From: a virus
DNA length: 64,000 bases
IMG/VR virus record: IMGVR_UViG_3300019487_000023
Location: 8,850 to 72,849 of that record
Reading direction: 5' to 3' (one strand)
Position 1 is the first letter of the stretch. Each line of letters begins with the position of its first letter. The position numbers were made by a program, and so were the translations under genes. Shown here in pieces: positions 16,550 through 27,397 of the stretch. The notes under the pieces were generated by a model. That model was not told the DNA's origin. It searched no databases and saw nothing but the letters and a program-made list of their open reading frames with translations.

Positions 16550-17182
16550 ATGGCAGATGGCTTTAACAATCGCCCCCCCGGTGCGATACAGCAAATCACA
16601 GATAATATCGTTGGCGGCAATGCTGCTGGCATCATCTCTACACGTCCTACTGCAAAATATGCTTCTGGCGCTCGCTGCATCATGAAGATAAACGACCAAG
16701 TTGTTGGTTTTGCATTTGGTGTTTCGTGGAGAATCACCACGAACTTCGTAGAAGTCACCACTATTGACGACTATCTTCCTTATGAATTAGCTCCGCAAAG
16801 AGTATCGGTAGAAGGAACGATCTCTGCACTGCACATCCCTGGCCAAAGTGCTACTACACAGCTATGGCAAGGCGATACACTCTCCTTCATGTTCAACAGG
16901 TACTTCACGCTGGAAGTGAGAGACTCGCAGACTGATGCCTTGTTGTTCCAGGCTCCTAGGTGTGTTATCACTTCTCGTACTGAAGAAGTGAGAGTTGATC
17001 AACTCAACAATGTTTCGTTGAGTTGGAAGGCTATTGGCTGGCTTGATGAGAAGAAGCCTGAACTTCCAAATAACTTTGATCAACCTAAGAAGCCTTCAGC
17101 CGCTGAAACCACTAACCAAGGTGGTATTGCAGCTACGCTTAGCAACGTAGCTAATGCTATTCGCGGCTTTAATATTCCATAA
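16550..17182 (+). CDS. Tail tube-like protein, paralog 3
   Basis: YASGARCIMKIN..VVGFAFGVSW aligns with the N-terminal motif of paralogs 1 and 2. Confidence 0.75.
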   Translation: MADGFNNRPPGAIQQITDNIVGGNAAGIISTRPTAKYASGARCIMKINDQVVGFAFGVSWRITTNFVEVTTIDDYLPYELAPQRVSVEGTISALHIPGQSATTQLWQGDTLSFMFNRYFTLEVRDSQTDALLFQAPRCVITSRTEEVRVDQLNNVSLSWKAIGWLDEKKPELPNNFDQPKKPSAAETTNQGGIAATLSNVANAIRGFNIP

Positions 17183-17234
17183 GTAGTCTACTTTTCCCAA
17201 GGTATAATCGCATAGTATACCTTAAGGAGAAAGC

Positions 17235-17627
17235 ATGGAGCTACCTAAAAACGAAGCAACCTTCACATTCGAGCACACTGGTCAGGCTACTGGCCAAGAG
17301 TACAAGGGACAATTCACTGTCTTGTGTGTTCTTAACATGGCTCAAAAGCATGCCATGGAACTCGAGAAAACTCGCTTGATGGGTAACTACATTACGCCAA
17401 CAGCTGGTCTCGAAGGCATCGCGACGGTCCTCGCAACCCTTAGAGCTAAGATTGTTAAAGCCCCTGATTGGTGGACTCAAAGCACCGGCGGCCTTGAAAT
17501 CCTAGACGAAGACGCTCTTGTTGTTCTCTACAATAAGATCGAGGAATCGGAGAAAGAATGGCGTACGAAGCTGAAGGAAAAGGGCAAGAAGGCACAGGAA
17601 GCATCGACAACACCGTCGACGCCGTAA
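17235..17627 (+). CDS. Tail assembly chaperone
   Basis: Between the tube and tape-measure genes; IVKAPDWW motif; AAGGAG SD. Confidence 0.75.
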   Translation: MELPKNEATFTFEHTGQATGQEYKGQFTVLCVLNMAQKHAMELEKTRLMGNYITPTAGLEGIATVLATLRAKIVKAPDWWTQSTGGLEILDEDALVVLYNKIEESEKEWRTKLKEKGKKAQEASTTPSTP

Positions 17628-18046
17628 AGGCCATTGCCGCTCATAACGCCAGAGCCGATCTAAGCAATCCAGAACAACTAATCCTATTCCTTAGGAGTTG
17701 GTGGTCTCGTACCTATAACCGCCCACTTAAAGATCCGCTTCTATTGTCATACACCACAGAAGAGCTCCTATACGAGTTCTTTGACCGTATTGAGCGTGTC
17801 AAGGCTCAAGAAGAGCAAGCTAATAAAGCTAATGATAAGATAGAAGAGGATAAGGAAAAGGCTGCCTTAGACTGGGCACAAAAAGAAGAACTTAAAGAAC
17901 TTAAACAAGAACTTAAACTTGCTAAAGTTGATCCAACTAAAGATCCAGCAAACATTAAGTGGATGGAAGAACAGCTTCAAAAAGCCAAAACTCAGTTTGG
18001 GGAAGATTTTGGAGAAGACATAAATGAAAACTTTGAAGACATGTAA
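17558..18046 (+). CDS. Second tail chaperone ORF, overlapping the first in the -1 frame
   Basis: 70-nt overlap; position equivalent to lambda gpT. Confidence 0.65.
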   Translation: MAYEAEGKGQEGTGSIDNTVDAVKAIAAHNARADLSNPEQLILFLRSWWSRTYNRPLKDPLLLSYTTEELLYEFFDRIERVKAQEEQANKANDKIEEDKEKAALDWAQKEELKELKQELKLAKVDPTKDPANIKWMEEQLQKAKTQFGEDFGEDINENFEDM

Positions 18047-18629
18047 ATCTTGCAAAATACTTCTATCATTATCTTGTTTTAATAAAAACAAAGGCGGTCT
18101 GCTTGGTTTAAGAGCTAGATGTATCTTGTGTGAAAAAAGTCGTAAAGCAAATTTCTATTCACAAAATAGACTTAAAATTTTAGCTAACAAAAAAACTTAC
18201 CAAACCATTAATGCCGAATCTAGAAAAGCGTACAGTTACGCATATTGTAAAAACCGTTTAAAAAACGATAAACTATATAAACTAAAAATCAATATAGCCT
18301 CATTAATTAGAAATTCTATAAAATCTAAAACAACAAAAAGAGCCTTAAAAACAATAGACTTATTGGGTTGTTCTGTTGAGTGTTTTAAACAACACATAGA
18401 ATCAAGTTTTTCCCCAGACATGAATTGGAACAACTATGGATCCTATTGGTCTATTGATCATATTTGCCCATGTGATCAGGCGCAAACGGCAGCTGAAATA
18501 ATAAAATTACAGCATTATTCTAACCTAAGACCGATGACAGTAACCGACAATATCGTTAAATCCAATAAAGCAACCACAGAAGCGACATTCAAGTGCCAAG
18601 AACTATTAAATAGAGCCTGGATTGAATAA
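18024..18629 (+). CDS. HNH homing endonuclease (GC..E..F...M.W.N.G..W.IDH family)
   Basis: N-terminal CxxC...CxxC; LLGCSVECFKQHIESSFSPDMNWNNYGSYWSIDHICP; AT-rich. Confidence 0.85.
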   Translation: MKTLKTCKSCKILLSLSCFNKNKGGLLGLRARCILCEKSRKANFYSQNRLKILANKKTYQTINAESRKAYSYAYCKNRLKNDKLYKLKINIASLIRNSIKSKTTKRALKTIDLLGCSVECFKQHIESSFSPDMNWNNYGSYWSIDHICPCDQAQTAAEIIKLQHYSNLRPMTVTDNIVKSNKATTEATFKCQELLNRAWIE

Positions 18630-21526
18630 TGAGTAAACCAAACCAGTCAGATAATCAAAACGCGCAGAATATGTTGGCGCAGGAGCAAGACTTAAAGTTT
18701 GAGTCTATTGCTCGTCGACACTCTACTCCTTACGCTTCTGAAATGCGCATGATCATGCGCTCAGGTACACTTGAATCTGAAATGGAAGAGTTATCTCCAT
18801 TTGTGGGTCAAGGTAGTGCTAAAGAACAACTGCAAATTCAAGAAAAACTCAAGGCTCGTCAAGTTGAGTTTGACAGAGTTGAAGAAAAACTAAGACGCGA
18901 AGAGCAGCGCCGTGTTTCTACTGGCGTCACTCGTATGCGTGCTGAAGTTAATAGCACCATGGGCCTTGGAGGCATGCGCTCATATATTGGCGCAGCCACA
19001 GAAGAACTTGGAATGAGCGGAGTTGGAGTTGCTCAGCAGCGCTCAACCTCTGAATTAGAAGTTCAACGCAAACAAGCAATGATTATGGCTGCACAGCAAA
19101 GAGATATTGCGATGCAGAATGTCAACGTCTTCGATGCCAGCGGCTCTCTCGACACGAACAAGATGGGAGTCCTTAATCAGGCTCGTTCTACTCAACGTAA
19201 CTATCTTGAACAGGTTGCACAGGCTGAAAGTGCCCTAAGGGCTCAAAAGAAACTTGGCATCGACACAGAGTCCAGATACTACGGAGCTCAGCGTCAAAGC
19301 GCCTCTGTTGAACGCGACTTGATGAAGGCCGGTATTGCTAAAGAAATCGAATCTGGTAATGCTCCTAGCCTTAATGATGCTCGTAAAGAAGAATTACGTC
19401 TCTTAGAACAATTCTCTAAGCAGATGAAAGAGGTTAATGAGGCTACCGAGAAAACCGGTCCTGCTTTTGAACAACTTCTTGGCAAAGTAGAACAAACTTC
19501 AAAAGATTTAGATAAAACTCAGGAAGTTATTCGTCAGCGCTCCTCTGGTGGAGGTGGCGATAGTAACACCATGAAACTCGGTCGTAACCTTTATGCGGCC
19601 AGCAACATTATCAGTCAGCTAGGCAACACCTATCGTGAGATTACGGTTGGCCAAACAAATGCTATCACTGGCAACAGAATCACTGCTGCTAGCATGACAA
19701 ATAGCCTTTATGAACGTAGAAATGCCGCTCTTGCAGGTGACATGACTCAACTTGGTCTCCTAAGTGGTGACGCTTTTCAGCGTGCTGCTGGCGAAGGCAA
19801 GATCAACGAGAGAAATACTAACGTTGCAAACGTAGCGACAACTGCTGCTGGTGGTCTAGGTGTTATTGCAGGTGGTTTGATGACCGCTGGCGCAATTGCA
19901 GGTGGCACCGGTATCGGTATGCCAGTAGGCGTCGCTCTCGCAGGTGCAGGAGCTTTAGCTTATGGTCTTAGTGACCTTACTCGCGGCGGTGGAATTAGCG
20001 GTACTGCAGAAAACCTCGCTGAGCAACAGAGACAAATTCAGTTGCAAGAAGAGATGAGTCGCATCACTGGCGCTCAACGTCAAAAACTTTATAACTACTC
20101 AATGAGCAGCAGAACCGCCGCATTGACAGCTGGTGGAGCTCAAGGCCAATCGTACTTTGATCAGTATGCTGGTCCAGGCGGAGATGCAATGCTTGCTAAG
20201 ATGGCAAACATGCGAATCGGCGCTGACCAATTCGCAGAACTATCTGCTCAGGGTTTCCAACAGGGTGGAAGTACATTCAATCCGAACTCTATCTTCACTG
20301 CTCGTGAAATGGAAAGTCGTGGCTATGGAACAATGTCACAAAACGTTGGTCGCATTAGTCAACTAGCTGCTGCAGGATCGCAGAATCCGCAAGCAAGCTT
20401 TGGTTCCGTCCTTGAAGCTGCATTCAGTAAGAGCTTAGATTCCTCTAAGGCCCTTGACATGATGGTGCAGAATACTGCTGCTCTAGTACAAGTAAGTGCT
20501 GGTGCTGCTCGTGGCATGGACACGACTGCATCCTCTGCTGCTATCATCTCTGGATTGGTCGACAGCAATAACCCAAACAAAGAGTTTGCTATTCAGCGCG
20601 CTACTAACGCAGCCGATATCCTTAACCAGATCAATACTGGCACAGGTGTGAACTTCGCAGATATGTCTGGTATCGCAGCTATTGCCGCAGGTACTGGCGT
20701 CGGACAAATGGGCGCTGTTAACCTCAAGAAACTAGATAATCAAACTCGTGCTGCAATTGGTGCTCGCCTAGATGACATCGACAAGATGGATCCTAAGGAA
20801 CGCGGAGCTGCAGAAGCTCAATTGCGCAGTGACATGACACTCAAGTATGGCTTGGGTTCGTTCTTGAACAAAGACACAGGCGATATCAATAAACAGGCTT
20901 TAAGAAAAGGTCTTGACCTCACCTCTGAATCTATCTTCAGGAAGGGTGAATTCATCGCCAACGTTGATCCTAACTTGCCTGGCTATCAGGAATTTACTCA
21001 AGGTAAACTGACTGCTGATGAGTTGATGAAGCGCTTTCCTAATACTGCTGTGAAGGTCGGTGAATCGGCTGCGGCATTGGGTCTTACAGTTGATGAAGTC
21101 GCATCTGGAGGGAGAGCAGCTTCTACTGCTGCAGGTGCTGCAAAAGCTGCAGAAGTTCAAGGCAAAGCAATGGGTCCAGAACCTAAAACTGCATTTAGCG
21201 ATGCAGACAAACTGGCTACTGCTGCGATGCAAAATATGACTAAGGAAGCAATGCTTGCTGCTAAAGAACTTGGTGGCGTTGCTCAAGCGCTTAGCAAGAT
21301 CTCAGAGGCTACTGAGAAACTTGGTGGAAAACTTAACGAATCTACGTCTGATGAGTTCCGTGGAGCAGCCGCTAAGGCAGCTGCCGATTTCAAGATTGCT
21401 GCTGATACATTTACGGGCGGAGTTAGTCAGTTTGGTACCTTCCTGAAGACCTACTCTGAGAGAGCAAATATTAAGTTACCTAGCTCAGATAGTAAAACCA
21501 GTAAGGTTGGTATGCCAGGTGAATAA
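18629..21526 (+). CDS. Tape measure protein (965 aa)
   Basis: Ala/Gly/Gln-rich helical protein with a hydrophobic Gly-Ala stretch; directly follows the chaperones. Confidence 0.8.
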   Translation: MSKPNQSDNQNAQNMLAQEQDLKFESIARRHSTPYASEMRMIMRSGTLESEMEELSPFVGQGSAKEQLQIQEKLKARQVEFDRVEEKLRREEQRRVSTGVTRMRAEVNSTMGLGGMRSYIGAATEELGMSGVGVAQQRSTSELEVQRKQAMIMAAQQRDIAMQNVNVFDASGSLDTNKMGVLNQARSTQRNYLEQVAQAESALRAQKKLGIDTESRYYGAQRQSASVERDLMKAGIAKEIESGNAPSLNDARKEELRLLEQFSKQMKEVNEATEKTGPAFEQLLGKVEQTSKDLDKTQEVIRQRSSGGGGDSNTMKLGRNLYAASNIISQLGNTYREITVGQTNAITGNRITAASMTNSLYERRNAALAGDMTQLGLLSGDAFQRAAGEGKINERNTNVANVATTAAGGLGVIAGGLMTAGAIAGGTGIGMPVGVALAGAGALAYGLSDLTRGGGISGTAENLAEQQRQIQLQEEMSRITGAQRQKLYNYSMSSRTAALTAGGAQGQSYFDQYAGPGGDAMLAKMANMRIGADQFAELSAQGFQQGGSTFNPNSIFTAREMESRGYGTMSQNVGRISQLAAAGSQNPQASFGSVLEAAFSKSLDSSKALDMMVQNTAALVQVSAGAARGMDTTASSAAIISGLVDSNNPNKEFAIQRATNAADILNQINTGTGVNFADMSGIAAIAAGTGVGQMGAVNLKKLDNQTRAAIGARLDDIDKMDPKERGAAEAQLRSDMTLKYGLGSFLNKDTGDINKQALRKGLDLTSESIFRKGEFIANVDPNLPGYQEFTQGKLTADELMKRFPNTAVKVGESAAALGLTVDEVASGGRAASTAAGAAKAAEVQGKAMGPEPKTAFSDADKLATAAMQNMTKEAMLAAKELGGVAQALSKISEATEKLGGKLNESTSDEFRGAAAKAAADFKIAADTFTGGVSQFGTFLKTYSERANIKLPSSDSKTSKVGMPGE

Positions 21527-23274
21527 TGGCCAATTCAAATTTTAGGATTCAAACACCACATGCAGCTATCATCATTTGGAACTATGATGACAGAGTGAGC
21601 GCTGATCCAGCTGCTTCACCGGCTTCTATTAATAAGACAGATAAACGCATCATCTCTACCCTTTCTTGCACCGAGATTAGAACCTCTAAGTCCAAGTCAA
21701 ATCCTCAGGGATCTTTTCAGATCGCTCTTGCTCCTACTAAGAATTGGATCTCAGCCATCACAGTAGGAAGCTGGTGCGCGATCTTGATGTCTGATGAGCC
21801 AATTACTCAAAAAGACTTTGATCAAGCAGATCACAACAAGGTGAAGATGATTGGCAAAATTGAGAGTGTCCGTTGTGACACGCAAGCAGGTCCAGATGGC
21901 GCTCGCACTACTCGCTACTTGGTTGCAGGCGTTGACTGGGGTTACATTTTTAATAACGTCATCTACATTGACAATTACCTATCACTACAAAGTGAACCAA
22001 GAACGCTTGGAAATGCTACTGCAGTGGCTATCGACAAGATTTTATTCGGTGAGAGAGGACTTCCTAAGTCTTTCTCGACGCACGATAACCTAAGTTCTCT
22101 CATCAACATCTTTGGTAAGACTATTGCATTCCAGAAGCAGGGCGACATCATCAATCGTCTCGCAAATGCTGCTTACGACTTCACGATGCCAACAGAGATG
22201 GTGAACTACTTTAAGTTTGTCGACGAAGAAGGAAGCTCCTTGTCGGGAACTACCATTAACTCAGTATTGAACTTAGTATATGGAACTCTAAAAGGACAGG
22301 ACGAGTACGACTTCCAATCTGAATCCTTGGGATTCATTGATCCATTCTCTCTTCAAGGTAGTCATACGTTTTGGCAAGTGTTGCTGGAGAACAGCAACCC
22401 AGCAATGAATGAGATGTTTAGCGAGATTCGTTGGAACGAGAATGGTAGACCTCAGCTTGCTCTATATAACAGAATTAAGCCTTTTGCGTTCCAAGACTTC
22501 ACTGGTTCAGCCGGACCATACAATAAGTCATATCAAGCTGGTGCACCAAAGAGTTTGAAGTCATACATGCAACTTGTTAGGACCCATGACATCGATGCGG
22601 TCACCGTTAAGAGTGTAAACGCCGGCACCAACTGGCGCGATAAGTACAACTTCGTGGAAATCAAGCCTCAGTTTCAAGAGTTTCAAATCTTCGCCAACTG
22701 GTACAAGCAGAAGAGTCAGCAGTTTGATCAAGTGGCTTTCTCAAGAGAAGGTTTCAGGCCTCTTATTGTTGAAACCAAGCAGTTTCCGGGCGATATTGGG
22801 AACGGTCAGAAGCGCGAAGGGAAGCCAAACTGGGAAACACTTGCTTCATGGGCAAAGACCTTGAAGGAATGGTATTTCGATACGCATCGCATGCTCAACG
22901 GTACTATCAGCATGACTGGCACCACTGAGTACATTGGCGTGGGCGATAACATTAAGTTTGATGCAGGACTCATTAATCCAACCACTAACCTTAAATCTGC
23001 TCAAAAGAGGGCAGCCAAGAATGGCTATATCCTTGCGCACGTCGAGAACGTAGAGCACTCCTTCTCTGTTAGCTCAGATGGAGCCCGTGAATACTCTACG
23101 ACGATTCAGTTCGTTCGCGGAATCTTGATCGATGACAATGGTATTCCACAAGGTTGGGGCGTATTGGACAAGAATGCTTCGCAACTCACTGTTCCAGAAC
23201 AAAAGAACACTAAGAACACTCTTGGAACCTCTGATTCTCAGGACCCAGATCCTCAGAAAGTGAGAGGTAACTAA
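21526..23274 (+). CDS. Probable baseplate hub protein (582 aa)
   Basis: Follows the tape measure gene; SKSNPQGSFQIAL and C-terminal YILAHVENVEHSF...YSTTIQFVRG resemble hub architecture. Confidence 0.65.
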   Translation: MANSNFRIQTPHAAIIIWNYDDRVSADPAASPASINKTDKRIISTLSCTEIRTSKSKSNPQGSFQIALAPTKNWISAITVGSWCAILMSDEPITQKDFDQADHNKVKMIGKIESVRCDTQAGPDGARTTRYLVAGVDWGYIFNNVIYIDNYLSLQSEPRTLGNATAVAIDKILFGERGLPKSFSTHDNLSSLINIFGKTIAFQKQGDIINRLANAAYDFTMPTEMVNYFKFVDEEGSSLSGTTINSVLNLVYGTLKGQDEYDFQSESLGFIDPFSLQGSHTFWQVLLENSNPAMNEMFSEIRWNENGRPQLALYNRIKPFAFQDFTGSAGPYNKSYQAGAPKSLKSYMQLVRTHDIDAVTVKSVNAGTNWRDKYNFVEIKPQFQEFQIFANWYKQKSQQFDQVAFSREGFRPLIVETKQFPGDIGNGQKREGKPNWETLASWAKTLKEWYFDTHRMLNGTISMTGTTEYIGVGDNIKFDAGLINPTTNLKSAQKRAAKNGYILAHVENVEHSFSVSSDGAREYSTTIQFVRGILIDDNGIPQGWGVLDKNASQLTVPEQKNTKNTLGTSDSQDPDPQKVRGN

Positions 23275-24287
23275 TGGCTGTTCAGAATCCATTCGACATC
23301 GTTAAAGATAGTAGCGTCTGGTACAGTCCTAAGAATTTCGCTGCAATGACTGAGAAGGACCCATACTTGCGTATTGGCGTTGTTCAGAAGTCATTTATAG
23401 ATGAAGAGAATAGTGACATTCGGTACCTTGTTCAGATCTTTGATCGCAACGATAAGATTCAGGTAAGTTGCCGCCTAATGAGGCGCTTTGGTGGTGTATA
23501 CAACTACGAAGACGAGACCCTCAGAGGTTACAACACTACCGATAAGCCAGATCCTGTTGATGACTTTAGCGCTAAAGCTGGAGATTGCGTTCTTGTAGCA
23601 TTCATGAACGGTGAAGCCCGCGAAGGTATCATCCTTGGTGGTCTCACTCATGCCGCACGTGCGATGACTATTAAGCCAACGGATGGTCCACAATACCTCT
23701 CTGAGTTTAATGGAGTCGAAACCTCTATCAATAAGGATGGAGAGTACAAGTTGACGTTTAAGGGTCAACCCACAAACCTTGCACGCCTAGCAGATATTCC
23801 TAACGCTAAGATTGCAGCACCGCAATACAACACAGATGTTGGCGGTAGCTACTGGACCTTTAATAAGACCGGTGGTTGGAAGGTTAACGACGCTGCTAAA
23901 GAGAATCCTCAAGGAATTGAGATTGACAAAGCTGGTGGAACCCTCACCGTCACTTCTGGAAAAGTTGTTATAAAGATCACAAAAGCTTCAGAAACTGTTA
24001 CGGTTACGAGTAAAGTTCTGGATATTACATCCACCGACAAGATTAACGCGACTACCAAAGAGTGGGCTGTTAAGGCTGAAACCTCTATCAAGATGAACTC
24101 TCCTAAGATTGCCATCGGTCAAGATGGCGTAGAGTTGCTAGACCAAATCTTCCAACTCGTTGAGAAGTTAGGTATGGTTCAACCTATTTCACCTCTTGGA
24201 CCTTGCACTCCATTGATGGCTACACCTCAATGGGCTCAAGTTAAGCAGGTTCAATCTAAGGTTAAGCAGATTACTGGAACCTTCTAA
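23274..24287 (+). CDS. Baseplate central spike (gpV-like) with a PAAR-like tip
   Basis: OB-fold-like AGDCVLVAFMNG...GIILGGL; beta-helix repeats; C-terminal PISPLGPCTP. Confidence 0.75.
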   Translation: MAVQNPFDIVKDSSVWYSPKNFAAMTEKDPYLRIGVVQKSFIDEENSDIRYLVQIFDRNDKIQVSCRLMRRFGGVYNYEDETLRGYNTTDKPDPVDDFSAKAGDCVLVAFMNGEAREGIILGGLTHAARAMTIKPTDGPQYLSEFNGVETSINKDGEYKLTFKGQPTNLARLADIPNAKIAAPQYNTDVGGSYWTFNKTGGWKVNDAAKENPQGIEIDKAGGTLTVTSGKVVIKITKASETVTVTSKVLDITSTDKINATTKEWAVKAETSIKMNSPKIAIGQDGVELLDQIFQLVEKLGMVQPISPLGPCTPLMATPQWAQVKQVQSKVKQITGTF

Positions 24288-24311
24288 TTTAAGTTAAGAT
24301 ATAATGAACTT

Positions 24312-25277
24312 ATGAGTTTTACGTCACTTTTAGACAGATTTAGCAAGCCAGCGCAAGCGGCTACACAACCTGGTCCGGTGTTGAGCGAAGATATCGACAA
24401 CCTTACGGAGCAGAACTCTAACTTTTTCTATAAGACCGACCCAAAGAATTGGTACTCTGCAAGGCCATATGGCTTCAAGATGAACATGAGGGATGGCAAA
24501 CGTACCTTCATCTTCTTCTTGCCTATCAACCCAAGCAATATTGTAACGACCACGCATTTTGCGACAAATATGGTCTCTACACTGTATGGTACTGTTGAAG
24601 AACACTCTGACATCAGGTACTTTGATATCGAAATCAGAGGAAGCACAGGCTTCGTGCCAATGTACACGCGTCATGCTTCTGGCACTACTCCTGCTGTTGC
24701 CGCAGAGCTCATTAAGAAAGATTTTGGAACTCCAGGAAGAGCTTCGTATTCCGCTCTTACTAAGGTTCCACTCGGTGGATTCTTCGCTAAGACAGTTGGT
24801 GCGATTAACCAGATCAAGAATAAAGCCGCTGACTTGTTAGATGGTGGTCCAAAACCAGAAACAGGCGTCTACACAGAGCAAACTGGTTACTTTGCCTTCC
24901 ATAACCTATATAAGTTCCTCATGCGTCACAAGAAAGATGCCTCTGGTGCTGACGGTGGCGTTGGCGAGCGCTCTAAGCATCCGTTGACATTCTTTAACTA
25001 CAAAGACAATCAACAATATGACGTAGTTGTCCGAAACTTTACGCTGACTCGTAGTGCCGAAAATCCGATGATCTATAACTACGCTATCAGCTTGCGTGGA
25101 TATAACCTAAGAGGCCTAGATGACAAGATAAGCGATGATTTAACACAGCGTCTTAAGGATCTAGGGCTTAATGGGGTTGATACTTCATCTCTATTGGGCG
25201 ACATTAAAGATATTTCTAGTTCAGCAAAGGCTATCATTGGATCGGCAGTAGCTGGCATTAACGTATTGGGTAGATAA
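24312..25277 (+). CDS. Probable baseplate/tube-initiator protein (321 aa)
   Basis: FFLPINPSNI and NFTLTRSAENPMIYNYAISL motifs; position. Confidence 0.6.
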   Translation: MSFTSLLDRFSKPAQAATQPGPVLSEDIDNLTEQNSNFFYKTDPKNWYSARPYGFKMNMRDGKRTFIFFLPINPSNIVTTTHFATNMVSTLYGTVEEHSDIRYFDIEIRGSTGFVPMYTRHASGTTPAVAAELIKKDFGTPGRASYSALTKVPLGGFFAKTVGAINQIKNKAADLLDGGPKPETGVYTEQTGYFAFHNLYKFLMRHKKDASGADGGVGERSKHPLTFFNYKDNQQYDVVVRNFTLTRSAENPMIYNYAISLRGYNLRGLDDKISDDLTQRLKDLGLNGVDTSSLLGDIKDISSSAKAIIGSAVAGINVLGR

Positions 25278-26872
25278 TGGCTACAGTGAATGAGGCCTAT
25301 ACGGCCATGGCAGATTTGAACTTGTGGTTGAAGTCGCGCAGCGGCGACCCTCTCGTTCTCTCTGACCTTCCACAGATCATTCCTCTCCGTTGGAACTACT
25401 TCAAAACGGAGTGGGAGTATATTAAGTCTGACTTGCAGTCGAAAGTTCCTTCGTACAGCAACCCAGATTTCTTAAACCAACAGATTAAGGACTTCGACAG
25501 CTTCATTCAGTCGCAGCGCATCATCTCTAAGATCATCAATCCGTTTCAGGATAGTCAGACCTTCTATAAGTACTATGCTGTATTCGATAACATCTTCATC
25601 GATGCTATTAACCTCACCAACGAAGAAGCTCGCATTGTTAAGCAAAAAACAGACACGATCGCAGCGCTCTCTAAGAATGACTTCTTAAGAATCAAGAGTG
25701 CTATCACGGAGTATAGAGATCGCTATGCAGACTCTGTTAACCTAAGTGATGCCACTTACGACCATGCATTTAACAGAAGCTCTATTCCTCCTCAGTTGGA
25801 TGCTAGCATCACCGATGCTAATAAGCTTCTAGTGCTTCAACAGAGTATCTCTAACGTGGACTTCGTTTTGGCTAACCTATTTGCGGTTGATGCCTTTGTA
25901 GACCCATTTGCTCTAGCTCGTCAGAATGCTAACAATCCAGATATCGATATTGGGTCATACGCTTCAGGTCGCCTAGTAAAGATTAACTATGGCGAAGACC
26001 TACAAGGACTTGCTAATAGGTTCTTTGGCAACCCCGACAAGTGGATCGATATTGCTATCGCCAACGGATTGAAGCCACCCTACATCGACGAAGTAGGAGA
26101 GAAGCTTTTCTTGATCTCTAACGGTAGTGGTAACCAAATCAACCTCCCAAAGACCAGTAACACTACACTTAACGTTGATAAGATCTACATCAATCAGCCT
26201 GTATACTTACAGAGCACTACACGGGTATTCCCAGATCAACGCACGATCATCAATATTAAGCAGATCCCAGTATCGGGCGAAATCGTTCTAGAACTTGATG
26301 GCGAACCAGATCTTGACAAGTACAAGTTATCAGAATTGGCCAATATCAGGGTCTATAAACCAAACACCATCAACAGCGGTCTGTACGTTCTAATTCCTTC
26401 CCAGGAGCCATTGGATGACCAGAGACGTGAAGAAACGCCATGGTTCTTGGCCAAGAGTGCAGAAGATGAGAAACGCGCTAAAGTGGATATCGCAGTAGAT
26501 GATAAGGGTGAAATTAACTTCACTACCAATGGTGACATCAGATTAAGTTACGGCTTAGAGAATGCTATCCAAGCTATTCAACTTAAAATGCTCACCGAGC
26601 TAGGCACCTTAAAAAGGCACCCAACATATGGCCTCATCAATGTGGCTGGTAGCAAGAACAATGACATCGACGCTATCAGGACGCAGCTCATTGAGTCGAT
26701 CTCTGCCCAAATTGAGGCCGATGATAGGTTTGACCGTATTGAGAACCTATCCGTTGACTACCTAGTGAGCAACGCCACCAACCAGGGAGTGGCTGCCTTT
26801 GGCATTACCCTATCAGTTAGGCTAGCCGGGGGATCAAGAGTGATCCCAATTAGCTTTTCAGTGAACGTATAA
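25277..26872 (+). CDS. Baseplate wedge protein with LysM-like and gp25-like domains (531 aa)
   Basis: GEDLQGLANRFFGNPDKWIDIAIANGL (LysM-like); C-terminal GLENAIQAI..K..TELG.LKRHPTYG (gp25-like). Confidence 0.75.
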   Translation: MATVNEAYTAMADLNLWLKSRSGDPLVLSDLPQIIPLRWNYFKTEWEYIKSDLQSKVPSYSNPDFLNQQIKDFDSFIQSQRIISKIINPFQDSQTFYKYYAVFDNIFIDAINLTNEEARIVKQKTDTIAALSKNDFLRIKSAITEYRDRYADSVNLSDATYDHAFNRSSIPPQLDASITDANKLLVLQQSISNVDFVLANLFAVDAFVDPFALARQNANNPDIDIGSYASGRLVKINYGEDLQGLANRFFGNPDKWIDIAIANGLKPPYIDEVGEKLFLISNGSGNQINLPKTSNTTLNVDKIYINQPVYLQSTTRVFPDQRTIINIKQIPVSGEIVLELDGEPDLDKYKLSELANIRVYKPNTINSGLYVLIPSQEPLDDQRREETPWFLAKSAEDEKRAKVDIAVDDKGEINFTTNGDIRLSYGLENAIQAIQLKMLTELGTLKRHPTYGLINVAGSKNNDIDAIRTQLIESISAQIEADDRFDRIENLSVDYLVSNATNQGVAAFGITLSVRLAGGSRVIPISFSVNV

Positions 26873-26890
26873 GTAAGTACAATCAACTTT

Positions 26891-27397
26891 ATGCGATATT
26901 GCTTAGAGTGTAATAGTTCCATAAATCATAAATATAAGTTGGCTAAGTTTTGTACTGTTAAATGCAAAAATCATTACTGGCAAATCAACAATTGGACAAA
27001 GGTTTTGGCAACCGCTAAAAGATATCGTCAATCACATAAACGCTCAGAATTAGCGAAAAATCAAATAAAAGAGTGGCACCGCATCAATAAAGACAAGGTT
27101 GTACAACTTAATAAGGCTTACCATCAACGAATGAAAGGCAATATTGAGTATTTGGCCAAAAGAAGGCACCATGAAGCTCTCCGACGAGCCCGTAAATTAC
27201 AGGCCACACCTAAATGGCTCTCTAAAGAACAAATACAAACTATTAAAGATATTTATTTTAAGTGCCCTATTGGATATCATGTAGATCACATTGTTCCCTT
27301 AAGTAGTAAAGAAGTTAATGGACTACACGTGCCTTGGAATCTTCAGTACTTACCTGGTATAGTTAATAAGATAAAGTCTAATAAGGCGAACATTTGA
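26891..27397 (+). CDS. HNH homing endonuclease
   Basis: RARKLQATPKWL...YHVDHIVPLSSKEVNGLHVPWNLQYL; AT-rich. Confidence 0.88.
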   Translation: MRYCLECNSSINHKYKLAKFCTVKCKNHYWQINNWTKVLATAKRYRQSHKRSELAKNQIKEWHRINKDKVVQLNKAYHQRMKGNIEYLAKRRHHEALRRARKLQATPKWLSKEQIQTIKDIYFKCPIGYHVDHIVPLSSKEVNGLHVPWNLQYLPGIVNKIKSNKANI

